From Paraspadella gotoi (taxonomy: Eukaryota; Animalia; Chaetognatha): a stretch of DNA of 64,000 nt. The translations under genes were made by a program, and so were the position numbers. Of the stretch, positions 62,188-64,000 are shown one piece after another. The notes beneath the pieces are model-generated. The model worked only from the letters and a program-made list of their open reading frames with translations. It had not been told where the DNA came from and searched no databases. Numbering within the stretch: position 1 is the stretch's first letter; each line of letters begins with the position of its first letter. The stretch spans positions 2,741,476-2,805,475 of the forward strand of contig JBJCIZ010000239.1 of NCBI GenBank assembly GCA_051294375.1. The letters run 5' to 3'.

Positions 62188-63010
62188 TCAAGCAACGTGA
62201 AACTCGAATTCTACTAATTTCCCAAGGCCGGCGCGAACCACGTCGCCCGGACTGACGGGTCCGACGCCAGCAGGGGTGCCCGTCAAGACTAGATCACCCT
62301 CCTGGAGGGTAAAGTACTGGGAGATAAAGTTGATAAGCGTCGGGATGTCAAAGATCATGTCGCGAGTTGATCCTCGTTGACGATCTTTCCCGTTGACGGA
62401 GCACCAAAGCTCCACGTCGTGAGGATCGCCAAGTTTATCCTGTTACGCGAAAAACAATCCAGGGTTAAGACTTGTTATGCAAGATAGTTTTATAAGAGGA
62501 TCAATGATGAAGATGGAATACCGCTGCAATCATGTCGGAGATGGGACAACTGGTATCGAAACCTTTGGCCAAGCACCAAGGATGGCCCTTGGTCTTGGCC
62601 TCTTGTTGAAAGTCTCTGGCCGTCATGTCCAAGGCCAAAGCGTATCCAGCGACGTAACCGCATCGGAAGACTTTGTCCTTCGGAATGTCCGCTCCTTCCT
62701 TCCCGATCACGACCCCTGAACGAAATAGAAGGAAATTTCTTTTAAAACAGAAAACGGGAACGGAGTCGTCAAAGTTTTGGTTTTCCGTACCCAGTTCAAC
62801 TTCATGATGAAGATCCTTGCAGCCTTTCGGAATTCGAATTTTCTGACCTTCCACGATGTAGGAGGAAGTTGGCTTTAGAAACAACATGGGTTTAGAAGGC
62901 ACGGCAGCCCCCAACTCTTTGGCGTGATCGGCAAAGTTCCTTCCTACCGCCACGATTTTTTTACCATTTTGAACGAACCACGGGAGTTTTCGTGGCGCCT
63001 GTGACGTCAT
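62188..63010 (-). CDS. FAHD1: Fumarylacetoacetate hydrolase domain protein 1 (acylpyruvase), multi-exon
   Basis: KIVAVGRNF, FLKPTSSY, HHEVELG, ALDMTARD, PWCLAKGFDTSCP, GDLVLTGTP. Confidence 0.96.
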
Positions 63011-64000
63011 GGCGTCTTATTCTAATTTCCATGTGTACTGGGAAGTAAAAATGTAAAGTATGGTGTAGAAAGTGATTTTAAGATGTTGAAAATAGAAAAG
63101 CAATCCGCTTAAAGATGGATACTAGTATCGCCTAGCTTAAATTTTGCACTGATCATCTGTGTAAGGGGTATAGTACTTATTGTTTTTAATAAAAGTAAAT
63201 GATAGTCTATTTATAGACTTAAGTTCTTATCCCCCGTCCCTGGCCCTGAGTACTTTTTAAACTAAATAAATAAATAAATTAGTCTAAAAAAAAAAAGTAG
63301 TATTTCCTTTCTTTATTTTGAAAACAATATTAAAAACTTAAAAGTATGAAAAGCTTCATCATACATCCACATTCCACCACTAATGTAAACGCCCAGATAC
63401 GACATACTTTTTGAAAATAAAAAAATATATGAACCAAAACTAGTAGAATAAAACGGTAAAATTAGTAATCGAAGATAGATGAGCATGCTCAACAAATAAA
63501 AATAAATGAGCCAATGAATCAGAATCGTTGCTCGATTTATAGTGTTATTTTTAGGTCAATTTCAAACGCCCTCCCTTAACAAGCAGGCGCTGCAAAATAA
63601 GTGAGTGTTCCTGAATTGAGCAGCTCATATTTTATCGGAGAACAAGAAATCGACGTTTTGAATTAATCATCGTACAAAGAGACTAAGTTTAACTTGAGTT
63701 CAAGTTCTGCGTTAACACTGTCTCAAAGAGTGACGAATGAAGAAAGTATTGAATAGTCAAAAAATGCCACAAGAATGAAAATTCGGAAAGAAAAAAAACA
63801 ATATGCATATCTTCTGATATACATAAACATTATATATATTTTCATATACTACCGGTTAAAAAAATGTAGTATTCGAGGTCGAAAACAAAAAAAAAATACG
63901 TAAAAGAGAAATGGACTAGATAATTAAGATGGTGCAATAAAAAGTAAAAAAGAATCACTGGTTTCTCCAAGCCCCGAGGCCTTTTCCCCCTTTGCCGATT

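Overview
Eukaryotic, almost certainly animal, genomic DNA from a very compact genome: GC/CpG-rich exons, short AT-rich spliceosomal introns (mostly about 55-300 nt) and intergenic gaps often only 120-600 nt. I reconstruct 22 protein-coding genes by eye. The first 10 lie on + (Ashwin/C2orf49, MPPE1-like, PEX13, PDPR, FNTA, RFK, MVK, DOCK7-like, tafazzin, TMEM184B; 465-30444). The next 12 lie on - (MICU1, EIF4E2, SCYL3, COA6 copy b, CPPED1, COA6 copy a, PCIF1, SSX2IP, STMP1, CDK10, RAB3, FAHD1; 32960-63010). There is a single convergent strand switch, occupied by a roughly 630-bp foldback element. This layout suggests operon-like polycistronic transcription with trans-splicing (inference). Two genes are missed by the ORF track: a second, divergent COA6 and a 50-aa STMP1-like microprotein. 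Other notable signals: two homologous structured elements inside introns of tafazzin and SCYL3; an exact 58-bp copy of a TMEM184B exon/intron junction; a predicted membrane-anchored CPPED1; an antisense core promoter in a PCIF1 intron; and relaxed splice signals (many AAG acceptors, two GC-AG introns). Gene identities come from recalled family motifs, not database searches, and the species cannot be determined from this window. CDS coordinates span first to last coding base, including introns.
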